Positions 1 through 10,152 of a stretch of DNA of 39,163 bases are shown here, one piece after another. Both the position numbers and the translations under genes were made by a program. Each line of letters starts with the position of its first letter. Positions within the stretch are counted from its first letter, which is position 1. Origin of the DNA: a virus (Duplodnaviria; Caudoviricetes). The DNA lies in IMG/VR virus record IMGVR_UViG_3300022670_001835, positions 1 through 39,163 of that record, one strand, 5' to 3'. The notes beneath the pieces were generated by a model. That model was not told the origin of the DNA. It saw nothing but the letters and a program-made list of their open reading frames with translations, and did not search any database.

Positions 1-2862
1 TCAGGTATCATCTGCAATTATTTTTTCGGTTCCATTATCAAATTTTACTCTAAATGACTGTGCTCCAGCTATATTAATTATATAAAAACTAGTAAATCCA
101 TTTGGAGGTGTAGGCGGTGAACTGGGTCTATCACTTATTTGAGTCTCTTGTGAAAGAACAAAAATAGATGCACCGTCAAATTTCCATTTAGATAATGTAT
201 TTTCAAATGAGGCTATAGGTGCACCATTATCTGTAATAAAAAAATCTGTATTTGACTCTAATCTAATTTCTAGGATATCTTGGATATCATCTATAGTATT
301 AATAGATGCAACTGCTGCACCCAAAATTGTTGTAAAATCAATTTTGAATACGTCAATAATACTATTGTTATCGAAACTGGAGGCACCTCCAATAAATCTA
401 AATCCATCAGCAGAAATAAACTCCATATCTAATCCTAAAGCAAATGTAATCTGTTTATTATTTAGATTCATTCCTAGTATAGTGGCATCTTTTCCAATGG
501 TTAACAGATTACTAGTTGTACTAAGATAAAATAATGGTGAACCGACATTACCGTTTTCTATAATAATAAAATCGTCATTTGTTGGAATATTTATAATAGA
601 TGTACTTGTACCTGCCACATCAACTCTGCCTAACATGTGAGTATTTGTAGTAACAGAAGTATCAAAAGGAAATCTTATCTTACCTGCATAGATGTTATCA
701 ACTATATCTACTCCATCTCCAATGTCTCCAACATCTAAAATATCGTGTCCGTCAAGATCTAAATCCACACCAAGCAATTTCAGTCTGTCTATGTTCAAAT
801 CCAGTTGTGGTGAATTATTAATTGTCCATGAGAACAAAGCGGAAGTAGGAATATTAAAAATCATGCTGTCAGGAGAGTTAGTTCTTAATATCATATACTC
901 TGTTCCTACTGTAGAGGTACTTTGTGGAAATCTTAATCTTCTAACGTAGATGTTAGACCATTCATCTCCCAAAGTTGAAGATCCGAAATTTCCACCGCTT
1001 GTTGTATTTGGTAATATATCACGATTCATCCTTACTACATCAACTAGATTATCTAGTTGTAAGTTAGCACCACTGGTACCACCCCCAACTACATCAACAT
1101 TAACTCCATTTTCTTTAGTCCTGAATTTATTAGTGGTCAAATTATACCATAAATCCCCATCAGCAGTAATACTAGGATCAGTAGATACAAGTCCAATATT
1201 TACTCCAGCATTTGCTGTATCTGGATTGAAAACTGTTTGTAGTCCGTCAGCGTATGTAATAAGAGTAGGAGATATCTCCATAAGTTTTACATTATTTGAT
1301 GTAAAAAGATGTGAGCCTGATATGGGTGCATTATATCTAAATTCATTAGAGCCACCGTCATATCCAATTACGGGGACTCCACCAGATCCAGAAAATGAAG
1401 CAGCTACATCCCATGAAATATCTTTTGCATCTTGAATTGAATGGTCTAACATGTTTAGTCTGTACACATTAGTAGCCGATTCTTCAAATCTTGCTATTTC
1501 AACTGTACCTGCTTTAAAAATATGAGATTGTAAATTATTAACATCATAGAGTAATCCACCATCAGGGTCTGCTTTATTTCGAATAAATTGACCAGCTTGG
1601 AAAAAATCAATTTCTTCAACATCAAAAATATTAGATATAAATAAATTATTTCCATAAATATTATCCCACGGAGCAGCAATAGTGCCCAAATCATCGGTTG
1701 TTCCTGCAGGGAGAAATGTTACTGATGCAACTGTTGTTGCACCTATTTCAAATGAATGCTCAGGATTACCACCTATATGAAAAGTGTACACACCACCAAC
1801 AGGAATGTTGAATTCCATGAGACCATTTTCCATAGTAATGCCTGCATCACTAGCTCCCAATGATCCGCCTACACCTGTATCAAATAGTAGACGGTCTATA
1901 TTTTTAGAATCAAATGTGGCATGGTCTACATCTGATACTGCTGGAAAGTTTGCCCATAATGTAGAGTCATTAGATCCACCATTTACAATATTACCAGTTT
2001 TTAAAAATGCATAAAATACACCAAATGCATATTCTATTAGAATCCCAGTTTCATTATCTGGGTCTAAAAGTATTCCCGCCTCTACTATCTCTTTGTTTAT
2101 TGTTCCTACAGGTAATGTTACTGTATGACCTCCTGTACCATCTTGAAGAATAAAGATACTAGAAATTGCAGTTTTGTTTGATGGCGGCACACTAAATGCT
2201 AATTGTATATCTCCAGAGATTATCATGTATACTGAATGTCTAGTTTCTGCAGAAAATAGAATCGCTTGAGTTGATGCACCGACTGTTCCCCTGTCATCTT
2301 CGGGGAAGTCTATTGGAAATGATATTCCTCCACCACCTCCTGAACTAACCCATACAACAACCCATGCTGACAATAACTGAGAGTAAATTAATTTTGCATA
2401 GTCTCCTACTTCTAAAATTACATCTACACTGTTTGGTGTTAGAATTGATGTGATTTCTTTTATTGTGATGATTTGTGCAGCAGCCTGTACTATTAGTTCA
2501 CGATTAGATGGTACAGTCTCGCCAGGTATTATTGTAGATAAAGTGTCATCTGCACCACCTTCACCATTTAATATTAGAACAGGGGTAAAGTTTCCACTTG
2601 TAACATCCACTTGGATAGTATCATTTATAATTTCTAAAATTTTAAACTGGTTTCCCATTGCACCTTCTCGTGTATCACCATCCTTTAGTAGATAATTTCC
2701 TGCACCTGTTGTTATATTAGCAAGACCTGTACTGTTTAATCCATCTTCGCTAGTTTCTTTGAAAATTTTCTCAGATTCTATTTGAATACGATCTGCATCT
2801 AATATGGAATCGCTAACTCTACTATCTGTAGAACGTTGACGTCTGATACCTGTGGATGCCAT
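1..2862 (-). CDS. Large tail fibre / receptor-binding-like structural protein (953 aa)
   Basis: Long Gly/Thr/Asn/Ile-rich beta-type ORF at the distal end of the tail module. Contains the fibre-like motifs 'ILQDGTGGHTVTLP', 'ADGDLWYN' and 'DLGTIAAPWDNIYG', plus polyGly hinges. Its stop codon is bases 1-3. Confidence 0.65.
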   Translation of the reverse strand: MASTGIRRQRSTDSRVSDSILDADRIQIESEKIFKETSEDGLNSTGLANITTGAGNYLLKDGDTREGAMGNQFKILEIINDTIQVDVTSGNFTPVLILNGEGGADDTLSTIIPGETVPSNRELIVQAAAQIITIKEITSILTPNSVDVILEVGDYAKLIYSQLLSAWVVVWVSSGGGGGISFPIDFPEDDRGTVGASTQAILFSAETRHSVYMIISGDIQLAFSVPPSNKTAISSIFILQDGTGGHTVTLPVGTINKEIVEAGILLDPDNETGILIEYAFGVFYAFLKTGNIVNGGSNDSTLWANFPAVSDVDHATFDSKNIDRLLFDTGVGGSLGASDAGITMENGLMEFNIPVGGVYTFHIGGNPEHSFEIGATTVASVTFLPAGTTDDLGTIAAPWDNIYGNNLFISNIFDVEEIDFFQAGQFIRNKADPDGGLLYDVNNLQSHIFKAGTVEIARFEESATNVYRLNMLDHSIQDAKDISWDVAASFSGSGGVPVIGYDGGSNEFRYNAPISGSHLFTSNNVKLMEISPTLITYADGLQTVFNPDTANAGVNIGLVSTDPSITADGDLWYNLTTNKFRTKENGVNVDVVGGGTSGANLQLDNLVDVVRMNRDILPNTTSGGNFGSSTLGDEWSNIYVRRLRFPQSTSTVGTEYMILRTNSPDSMIFNIPTSALFSWTINNSPQLDLNIDRLKLLGVDLDLDGHDILDVGDIGDGVDIVDNIYAGKIRFPFDTSVTTNTHMLGRVDVAGTSTSIINIPTNDDFIIIENGNVGSPLFYLSTTSNLLTIGKDATILGMNLNNKQITFALGLDMEFISADGFRFIGGASSFDNNSIIDVFKIDFTTILGAAVASINTIDDIQDILEIRLESNTDFFITDNGAPIASFENTLSKWKFDGASIFVLSQETQISDRPSSPPTPPNGFTSFYIINIAGAQSFRVKFDNGTEKIIADDT

Positions 2863-5800
2863 TATACACCATTCTCAGGATATAATCTAGTTATTAGTGA
2901 ACCTTTCGAGGTGAATCCTGCGGGCCCATCAAGTGTTTTTGTGAGTTTGTATACTATTTTATCATTAACCATTTTTAGTGTGTGGGGTATTGCATCTGTC
3001 GTCTCATCAATTTCTTCTGTATCTGTATAGTATATACAGTCACCATGTGAAATATCACACCTGCCCTCAAAATCAATTTCGAATCTTTGCTGTGCAAATC
3101 CAAATAGTCTAGCCAACCCAAGTATTAAATTTTTTGCTGTTTGATAGTTTGAAAGGTCGGTTTTTTTCTGGTCTACCATGTCAATATTTTTTGATGGAAG
3201 TGCGTTTGGTTCATCCACATTTGTAACATATAGTGGTTTTACATATCGAAACGCGTCTATTGCCATTTCTAGTTGTGATGCTGCACCGAATCTATTAACT
3301 TTACCGCCAATAAGTTGTGATAGATGTGCAGCAGGTGAGCCTGACTTGTATCTACCTTGTGAATCAAAAGAGTCTCTTGTGTATATTCCACCAAATAGAA
3401 TATTATTTTTATCAAACGCGTCTGTTGGCTCTGGCTCTCGTGCGTTAAAAGTAGCAGAAGCACCTGGAACACCTGAATAAAATTCTCCTGGTAGTTTTCC
3501 TTCTTGTGGTGTAATGTCATTATTTTTACCTTGTGTGAATGGCAAGATTCTCGTATTATCTCTAATATCAATTAAGAAAATTCCAATCTCATAATCTCCC
3601 TCACTTTGTAGCGTATCACTTCCAAGATAAGTGTCAATAAACTCAAACCACATTGCAATGGATTGAATTGGTCTGTACTGTTCTGATTTTGCACCAAACC
3701 AAGAGATAGAGCCATCAGCAGTTCTAGTCATGTTATCCAAATCAAATGTAGACGTGTTGATTATTTCACCTGCATTGACTGTACCATAGGGTATTGCATT
3801 TGATGATACAGGAAATAGTCCTGGAAAGAAATTAAATCCCACATAGAATGGATTTTGTTCGTCACTTGGTGCAGAGTTTGCATTAGATTTTATGAACACT
3901 GCAGAGTTATCGTTAATGTCGTCAGATGATAATCCACCTTTGTTTCCAACTTCTACATGTCCTGAATCTGAATCATACTTTACAGAATGTGCACACTCAA
4001 ATTGTTTTATTTCCAGTGGTGAACCTTCACCATAAAATACTGCATTCTGTCCAATAAATGGAATTTCATAGATAGCGTATGAGCCTTTTCTCCAGTTATT
4101 TGCTCTAGTTGCAGCACCGCCAAGATTAAACACAAAATCACCTGCAGAGTTTACATAACTATCAGGTATTCCAATAAAAAATGTAGGTACTCCTGGATTT
4201 TTTACCCAAGGTAACCCCTCATCGTGATCAAACACTTCTTGATCTTGTAATGTTTGTTTTGCTAAAAATACTATCCATTCACCTACGCCGTCTAGATTAA
4301 AGTCTTCATATTCTACAACATTTCCAGCATATGGGATTCCATTTCTATCAATACCTACAAATTCTCCAACTCCTAACTCACTTCCATCTGTTGGGTCAAT
4401 TACAAGCATACGATAATGATTAGGAATTAATGAATTTACCAGATGGTCAGATGGTATTGCTGCAGGTGATGTGCCGATACTTCTTACCATGGTTCTTGGG
4501 TGTAGTTTGTCTTTTACTATTACATTAGGATCAATCATTGCACATTGATTGTGTTTTGTGGCATCTGCAGCATATTTTGCACCTCCAAGTGCATTAATCC
4601 AATATTGAGCCTTTTGTTTTGTTTTTGGAGAGTAATCATTTGATGGTACATATGATATTCTTCTCCATAATGTAATGTCAGTTCCAGGTTCTATCGGGTC
4701 TCCACCACCAATTAGTTTCTTATACGCAATACCTTGGAATACAACTAGTGCATCTTGTGAATAACTTGCGACATTAGTCCAATCAGCTGGTCTTGTGAAT
4801 GTCCTTACAATCCAAAATGAATTATTGGGAGGAATCTCATTTGTGGATTGTGTGATTGCTTCATATCTTGCTCCTTCATGTACAATTAGTGAACCTCTTT
4901 TGAATGTGGTTGTACTATTCCATGTTCGTGCGTTTTGGAATGTTTGTTTTGAACCAAAATATTTGGTAAAGGCACCAAGAAAATCACCTCCTTTTTGACT
5001 TCCGACTAGGTGAATGTTTGTAGCAAGTTCTGGGTCTTCATCAGAATCATTTTCTAATGTATTAGTTGTTGTATCACTTGTAACTCCATGTTTTAGAGTG
5101 ATGTTTGGAATATTACCAAACACCCCTGTATTACTTACAAATCCTTGGGGATATGCCTGAATAGATACTTGGTCAAGTAAAGTGTCTGTGCTGTGTATAT
5201 AGTCAGACTTGAATCTAATGTAGAATGGCTCAAAAGAACCTCCGCCTTCTGGTGGTTGTGCTTCAATGTCTATTATTTTATCAAATGCTTCTTGTAGTTT
5301 TTTCTTTTCAAATATGTAATTATTTGATGTTCCTCTATCTAATGCGATTCCTTTCTTTGTAATTGGATCAAATGTTGTATTGGTATTTATGACAGGATCA
5401 TTAACTCCTTTATTTGCTGGGTTGTTTAGTTGTTCAATTATTTGCTCAACTGCTTCTGCACCTGAAATTCTTCTTGAGAAAAGAGAGATGTTGCGTTTCC
5501 ACAAATACTCACTTTGATGGGGACATATTAGAACAAGTTTCTTTCCCTTTCCACCTTTTCTAGAACGTTTTAATTTTCTTACATGGAAAACATCTTTGAA
5601 GATGTTTCCTCGAACATCAGTAATTTGCAGATATATTCTGTCACCTTTTTGTATTTTGGCTCCTCTAGTTAGAAATTCACCAAACGCTGCAGACAGTGTA
5701 ATTTTAATTGACTGGGGTATACCATCTTCTACTTCTATAACACTCCATGCAGAGGATAAATCAACATCTGTTCCATGGTCTTTTAAGATTAATAGAACAT

Positions 5801-6116
5801 TTCCAGTTGTTGTGAATGACCCAGCAATAGGAATAGTTGTTACTAATGTAGATGATGCACCTGTTTCTGTTGGGTTTTTTGCAGATATACGAAAATCATA
5901 AGATTCACCATTAACTAAATTATTTACAAACCCGTGCGGCTTTGGTGAAGTTCGTCCATCATTAAATGACATCCAAGTGCTAGAACTAGTAGTTTTAAAC
6001 TCTATTAAATAATCAGTGATTGGTGTTTCATTGTCATTTGGAATATCCCATGTTAGAAATACTTCACCGCTTCTAGGTGATACTTTTAGTCCTGTAACTT
6101 GAGATGGTGCAGTCAT
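2862..6116 (-). CDS. Baseplate hub / tail tip protein with N-terminal FN3 domain and two CBM5/12-like modules (1084 aa)
   Basis: N-terminus 'APSQVTGLKV...LTWDIP...PITDYLIEFK...NLVNGESYDFRISAKN' is a classic FN3 domain. 'WNSTTTFKRGSLIVHEGARYEA...FW' and 'WTNVASYSQDALVVFQGIAYK...PGTDITLW' match the CBM5/12 pattern. C-terminal 'FEGRCDISHGDCIYY' is hub-like. Position follows the tail genes. Confidence 0.65.
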   Translation of the reverse strand: MTAPSQVTGLKVSPRSGEVFLTWDIPNDNETPITDYLIEFKTTSSSTWMSFNDGRTSPKPHGFVNNLVNGESYDFRISAKNPTETGASSTLVTTIPIAGSFTTTGNVLLILKDHGTDVDLSSAWSVIEVEDGIPQSIKITLSAAFGEFLTRGAKIQKGDRIYLQITDVRGNIFKDVFHVRKLKRSRKGGKGKKLVLICPHQSEYLWKRNISLFSRRISGAEAVEQIIEQLNNPANKGVNDPVINTNTTFDPITKKGIALDRGTSNNYIFEKKKLQEAFDKIIDIEAQPPEGGGSFEPFYIRFKSDYIHSTDTLLDQVSIQAYPQGFVSNTGVFGNIPNITLKHGVTSDTTTNTLENDSDEDPELATNIHLVGSQKGGDFLGAFTKYFGSKQTFQNARTWNSTTTFKRGSLIVHEGARYEAITQSTNEIPPNNSFWIVRTFTRPADWTNVASYSQDALVVFQGIAYKKLIGGGDPIEPGTDITLWRRISYVPSNDYSPKTKQKAQYWINALGGAKYAADATKHNQCAMIDPNVIVKDKLHPRTMVRSIGTSPAAIPSDHLVNSLIPNHYRMLVIDPTDGSELGVGEFVGIDRNGIPYAGNVVEYEDFNLDGVGEWIVFLAKQTLQDQEVFDHDEGLPWVKNPGVPTFFIGIPDSYVNSAGDFVFNLGGAATRANNWRKGSYAIYEIPFIGQNAVFYGEGSPLEIKQFECAHSVKYDSDSGHVEVGNKGGLSSDDINDNSAVFIKSNANSAPSDEQNPFYVGFNFFPGLFPVSSNAIPYGTVNAGEIINTSTFDLDNMTRTADGSISWFGAKSEQYRPIQSIAMWFEFIDTYLGSDTLQSEGDYEIGIFLIDIRDNTRILPFTQGKNNDITPQEGKLPGEFYSGVPGASATFNAREPEPTDAFDKNNILFGGIYTRDSFDSQGRYKSGSPAAHLSQLIGGKVNRFGAASQLEMAIDAFRYVKPLYVTNVDEPNALPSKNIDMVDQKKTDLSNYQTAKNLILGLARLFGFAQQRFEIDFEGRCDISHGDCIYYTDTEEIDETTDAIPHTLKMVNDKIVYKLTKTLDGPAGFTSKGSLITRLYPENGV

Positions 6117-6673
6117 GTATCTAACCCTCGTGATCTCCTAAACCTTAAAATGAAATCAGAGCGATTTTTTACATAATCATTATTCTTTTCATAATATGAG
6201 AATATCAATGCGGGACCGCCTGATGTTCCCCCTGCACCAAACTTGATTGGTAATAGAGTATTTGTAGAATCATTCAGGTCTTCTATACCATATACCCCTG
6301 CTTCCCATGAATCTTTAATTTGTTGTTCTGGGTCTTCTTTCCACGAATCAAGTTTGCTAAGAAATGCGTTTGCACCATTACCAGAGTTCCCATCAATTTT
6401 TGTAATCCACCCTATAATTTCGTAAAATGAACTAATAATACCTAATGGTTGTATGTTACCATCTGGCTTTTCTGCAGTTTGATTGTTTCCGATTCCTTCT
6501 GGTTTGACTAGTTTAATTGATAAAATGTATGCTCCTTCTTTGTTATTTTTTTTAAAATTATCAGGTGAGCTTTGGTCTACACTGTTAAACTCTATCTTAT
6601 CTGATGAGATAGTTGCAGATGGATCTCCTGCTACAAGTTTGAAAATTGTTATTTTTTTTGCCTCTACCATCAC
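6113..6673 (-). CDS. Putative distal tail (Dit-like) protein (186 aa)
   Basis: Lies between the tape-measure-like gene and the hub; coupled to both neighbours by 4-nt overlaps. Function inferred from synteny only. Confidence 0.4.
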   Translation of the reverse strand: MMVEAKKITIFKLVAGDPSATISSDKIEFNSVDQSSPDNFKKNNKEGAYILSIKLVKPEGIGNNQTAEKPDGNIQPLGIISSFYEIIGWITKIDGNSGNGANAFLSKLDSWKEDPEQQIKDSWEAGVYGIEDLNDSTNTLLPIKFGAGGTSGGPALIFSYYEKNNDYVKNRSDFILRFRRSRGLDT

Positions 6674-7308
6674 TCTATCCCCTGCGTTGATCTTATGAGA
6701 TAATCTGTCTCTATTCTTGGTTGATTGGTATTAAATTCATCATTTGTGTTGTATGTATCTCTAGGATCAGTCATACCTGGTCCCGCTGAAAATATCTCTT
6801 GTGCTATACCTGCCTGTATTCTAGCAGTTGTTTCGTTATCTCTCTCTGCATTTAGTTTTGTACGTATGTCATCTGTAAATCTTTTTTCTAGAGAATCAAA
6901 TTTTTTTAGAATTTTACCTATAACAGCAGTTGCTGCAACTGCTGCACCAAATCCAGGTATTCCCTTTGTGAATAAACCGCCCATGAATCCTTGTGGGTTT
7001 AATCCAAATCCAACAATATTTTTACCAATACCACCTTTACTAAAATCAAAATTACCAAATAGTTTCTTCTTTAGAGTATCTTTGCCTTTACCGTTAACAA
7101 GATCAAATTCTAATTGTTTTTTGAGTTTTGCATATATTTTATCTGTCTTCTCATCGCTTCTTTGAAATTCATTTAGACTAGTTTTCTTTGTACGTTTACC
7201 TGATTTTTCTAAGTTTGATACAATTTCTTGTTTAACTTTGATTAGTTCTCCTAGACCTTTCTCAGTAAGAGCATTTAGATCAATCTTGATTATTTTATCA
7301 GTAGGCAT
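6670..7308 (-). CDS. Short tape-measure-like protein (212 aa)
   Basis: Helical Lys-rich N-terminus, Gly/Ala hydrophobic stretch 'GFMGGLFTKGIPGFGAAVAATAVIG', and tape-measure position in the tail module. Confidence 0.45.
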   Translation of the reverse strand: MPTDKIIKIDLNALTEKGLGELIKVKQEIVSNLEKSGKRTKKTSLNEFQRSDEKTDKIYAKLKKQLEFDLVNGKGKDTLKKKLFGNFDFSKGGIGKNIVGFGLNPQGFMGGLFTKGIPGFGAAVAATAVIGKILKKFDSLEKRFTDDIRTKLNAERDNETTARIQAGIAQEIFSAGPGMTDPRDTYNTNDEFNTNQPRIETDYLIRSTQGIE

Positions 7309-7311
7309 ATT

Positions 7312-7830
7312 TTATACTCCTAATGCTTGCGTATAAGCTGAACTAATACTATTGAAATAACTGTCTGCAAATTTTGATTGATTTTTTTGTATTGTTTGCT
7401 CAACTATTAACAACCTTGGAAGTCCATTTACCATGTGACCTTTGGATGACAGTAATTTTCCAGTGTTTGGTGAAATCCACCATATTTTTCCTGTCTTGTT
7501 GCTTGATTTTGGTTTTATCATGTGGTCTCGTGTACCCTCTTCTCTAGCCTCGCCAACATCAAATCCACTATCAGATATGTAATCAGATATTATGTGAACT
7601 CTAACAACTACTCCATTAATAATTTCAGTCTTGCCAACATATGTTCTTTCTATAATTTTTTTAGAGATACCTTTTGATTCCATCTCTCTATGTATCTCAG
7701 TTAGGATTGTTTCATCTGCTGCTCTCTCTAATGCAGTCTTTTGGATAGATGGCATCAATCTTTGTAATGATTTCATTTTTTGGATTAATTGTTTTAGATC
7801 AGAGACAGATTTGATTGTAATGGTTGTCAT
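7312..7830 (-). CDS. HK97 gp10-like tail completion / neck protein (172 aa)
   Basis: 'EEGTRDHMIKPK...KIWW...KGHMVNG' matches the gp10-like pattern E-x-G-T-x-x-H-x-I-x-P-K. Confidence 0.65.
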   Translation of the reverse strand: MTTITIKSVSDLKQLIQKMKSLQRLMPSIQKTALERAADETILTEIHREMESKGISKKIIERTYVGKTEIINGVVVRVHIISDYISDSGFDVGEAREEGTRDHMIKPKSSNKTGKIWWISPNTGKLLSSKGHMVNGLPRLLIVEQTIQKNQSKFADSYFNSISSAYTQALGV

Positions 7831-7833
7831 GTA

Positions 7834-8337
7834 TCAAGTTTTTGGAGTAAGATCCACCTTGTTTATCCCAGTTATCTCCCCTCTAACTTCTAACTCGTGT
7901 ACACCGCTATCTCTGGTTCTGTTAATAGGGGTAGTCATTATTCTGCCTGTAAATTGATATGTTACAGTTGAGTTTGTTGTACCACCATCTTTAGGTGCTG
8001 TTAGAATTGTAATAAATGTAATTGATACTGGCTCTCCTTTGGCTATACCTTCCATCCATGTTGTTGCTTTTAGAATGTCTGTGGAGCCCGTACCAGCATA
8101 GATATCTGTGGTGTTTTTTGTAGTGAAGAAAAATGTACCAATAACATCAGATTTTTTAGTAAATATTGGTTCACCAGTGTCTATTTTATCTATATCAAAA
8201 TCATCCATGGATGGTGCAAATTCCCAATCTTGGATAAATTGGAGAGTATCAATGTCTCCACCACCATTAATTTGATAGAAAGAATCTTCGTAAACGAATG
8301 TGCGTGTCTCTTGTTGAGTTACAGTTTCATTTGCCAT
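7834..8337 (-). CDS. Major tail tube protein (167 aa)
   Basis: Size, Thr-rich beta composition, C-terminal 'YQFTGRIMTTPINRTRDSGVHELEVRGEITG' and position in the tail module. Confidence 0.6.
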   Translation of the reverse strand: MANETVTQQETRTFVYEDSFYQINGGGDIDTLQFIQDWEFAPSMDDFDIDKIDTGEPIFTKKSDVIGTFFFTTKNTTDIYAGTGSTDILKATTWMEGIAKGEPVSITFITILTAPKDGGTTNSTVTYQFTGRIMTTPINRTRDSGVHELEVRGEITGINKVDLTPKT

Positions 8338-8386
8338 ATTACCTCATAAAAGTATACTTTAACCTATTCTTGTACTTTACTCAAAC

Positions 8387-8398
8387 CTTAACAAGATT
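8387..8398 (-). promoter_or_regulatory. AATCTTGTTAAG motif, copy 1
   Basis: Exact 12-mer upstream of the tail tube gene, overlapping the stop codon of the preceding gene. Confidence 0.6.
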
Positions 8399-9164
8399 AA
8401 GGCTTTACATTCATACTAATAAGAGTCTGTTGTACCGTTTTCCTAGTGCTACTGTTCACTCTAGTAATCAAGTTTACAGTCTTTACAAATTCAACTCCAC
8501 CTTTGGTTAGTGTGATTGAAATATCATCACCTGCAGATAGTAAAACATCTAGGTCTGATTCTTGTGTAGGGGTAATTACTACATTGACATCTAATATGCC
8601 TGAGAGATATTTATTTGAAAATATTTGTTCGGCATCTGTTGTTATATCTACATCTTTTTCTGCAGTCAGTCCATCAGTGATTAGATTAACCACATCAAGT
8701 ATTCCAAGTGGAACAGGAAATGTTATTGTTATATTATCTCCTACTACTCCTCCTATATCTGAGGATATCTCGTCAGTTACAATACGTAGAGTAGAATGTA
8801 TGTGAGGTGTTGGGTCTGTTGGGTGTTCTCTACTCCAAGACTCTGTAATAGATATTTTTGTGGATGTGTCTTGTAGTGAGTCAATTATGTTGAATATTTC
8901 ATCCTCTAATAGTTTTACATTTGGTTCATCAGCATCACCAAATCCAGATATCCTATAATACAAATGAATGAGATATGTTTGTTTATTGTTTGTAGTTGGA
9001 ACGTCTTTAGTTTTTTCTTGTCCTGTAATATTTTCAACATCTATTGATGGATATTCTCTTCGGGCAGCATCTAATACAACATATGGGTTGAATGAATTTA
9101 GCGGTTCTGTAAATACACCATCTTCTAATACACTAGCAATTTGGGCTGCAGTTAGTTGTACCAT
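8397..9164 (-). CDS. Tail terminator-like protein with extra C-terminal domain (255 aa)
   Basis: N-terminal half 'YPSIDV...TYLIHLYY...KLLEDEIFNII' follows the lambda gpU/SPP1 gp17-like pattern. Directly upstream of the tube gene. Confidence 0.45.
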   Translation of the reverse strand: MVQLTAAQIASVLEDGVFTEPLNSFNPYVVLDAARREYPSIDVENITGQEKTKDVPTTNNKQTYLIHLYYRISGFGDADEPNVKLLEDEIFNIIDSLQDTSTKISITESWSREHPTDPTPHIHSTLRIVTDEISSDIGGVVGDNITITFPVPLGILDVVNLITDGLTAEKDVDITTDAEQIFSNKYLSGILDVNVVITPTQESDLDVLLSAGDDISITLTKGGVEFVKTVNLITRVNSSTRKTVQQTLISMNVKP

Positions 9165-9520
9165 TATCTTATATCTCTCACAGGCAAGGTTAATTTCAAG
9201 TGTGCTTCTAGGGATTTATCTATATTTGGAATGTTTCCATTTGTTTTGTGTTCTTTGATTTTTTTGATGGTTGTATTTTTTAATGAAATTTGAAATGACA
9301 TGTATTTATCTATAGACTTGATGCTATGATTAGTTTTCGGTCTTCCTCTTTTGGGGTTATTTACTATACTTGTGATGTTATTTTTAATTAAATTTAGAAT
9401 AAATGTTTCTACCATCTTATTGAAAAGATTCGAGGGTGTTGTTAATTTAAAATACCTAATATCCTGACATAATTTTAATTGAAAAGAGAAGGAATAAGAT
9501 TTGTATAAATTATGTTGCAT
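9164..9520 (-). CDS. Hypothetical basic protein (118 aa, contains an AT-hook-like PKRGRPK)
   Basis: ORF overlaps both neighbours within the structural operon. Confidence 0.55.
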   Translation of the reverse strand: MQHNLYKSYSFSFQLKLCQDIRYFKLTTPSNLFNKMVETFILNLIKNNITSIVNNPKRGRPKTNHSIKSIDKYMSFQISLKNTTIKKIKEHKTNGNIPNIDKSLEAHLKLTLPVRDIR

Positions 9521-10106
9521 TCACTTTGTCTTTCTTTTGTTTTTCTATTTTAATTTGATGTTTATGATTACTCATTATGTTAGATACAGTTTGTTCAAAA
9601 AATGATTCTTGTGTAACTGCAACAGGAGGCTCATTTCCTGCAACAACTTGAAAGGTTGTACTTTTATTTACAGTAATAGGTCCAATCAGAGTTTTAATTT
9701 TCTTTGTGTTTTCTTCATTTACAGGAAGTGTAAAGTCATAGATAGTTCTACCTTTTGCTAATACTTTTTGTTTCTTCTCATTTCCTTTAGAATCTATTAT
9801 GATTATATCATCCATTTTAGGAGGAAATGAGATTCTTTCTCCAAACGTTTTAGAATCAGGATCTCTATCAGGTCCCATAGTTCCGACATATTTTTTCTTT
9901 CTACCTATCCAAACAAATTCTTTACTTGTATCTCCAATGTCGTATTCAAATGTATCATGTGTTTTACCATAAAAACGAACTAGTCTTGCAAAGTAATAGT
10001 CCTTATTCATTCTTTGTTCTTTTGATATGATAAGTGCACGCCATTCTTCCCCCCATTTAAAATCTTTAAAATCAGAGATTTCGGTTTGTTCTATTTGCAT
10101 AGACAT
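9510..10106 (-). CDS. Hypothetical protein downstream of the major capsid protein (198 aa)
   Basis: Clean ORF with its own TATA-like box about 30 nt upstream. Confidence 0.7.
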   Translation of the reverse strand: MSMQIEQTEISDFKDFKWGEEWRALIISKEQRMNKDYYFARLVRFYGKTHDTFEYDIGDTSKEFVWIGRKKKYVGTMGPDRDPDSKTFGERISFPPKMDDIIIIDSKGNEKKQKVLAKGRTIYDFTLPVNEENTKKIKTLIGPITVNKSTTFQVVAGNEPPVAVTQESFFEQTVSNIMSNHKHQIKIEKQKKDKVNAT

Positions 10107-10111
10107 GTTAA

Positions 10112-10123
10112 AATCTTGTTAAG
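10112..10123 (+). promoter_or_regulatory. AATCTTGTTAAG motif, copy 2
   Basis: Exact 12-mer between a TATA-like box and the ATG at 10106. Confidence 0.6.
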
Positions 10124-10152
10124 AGTAGTATTAATATTTTTACTATATTTCT

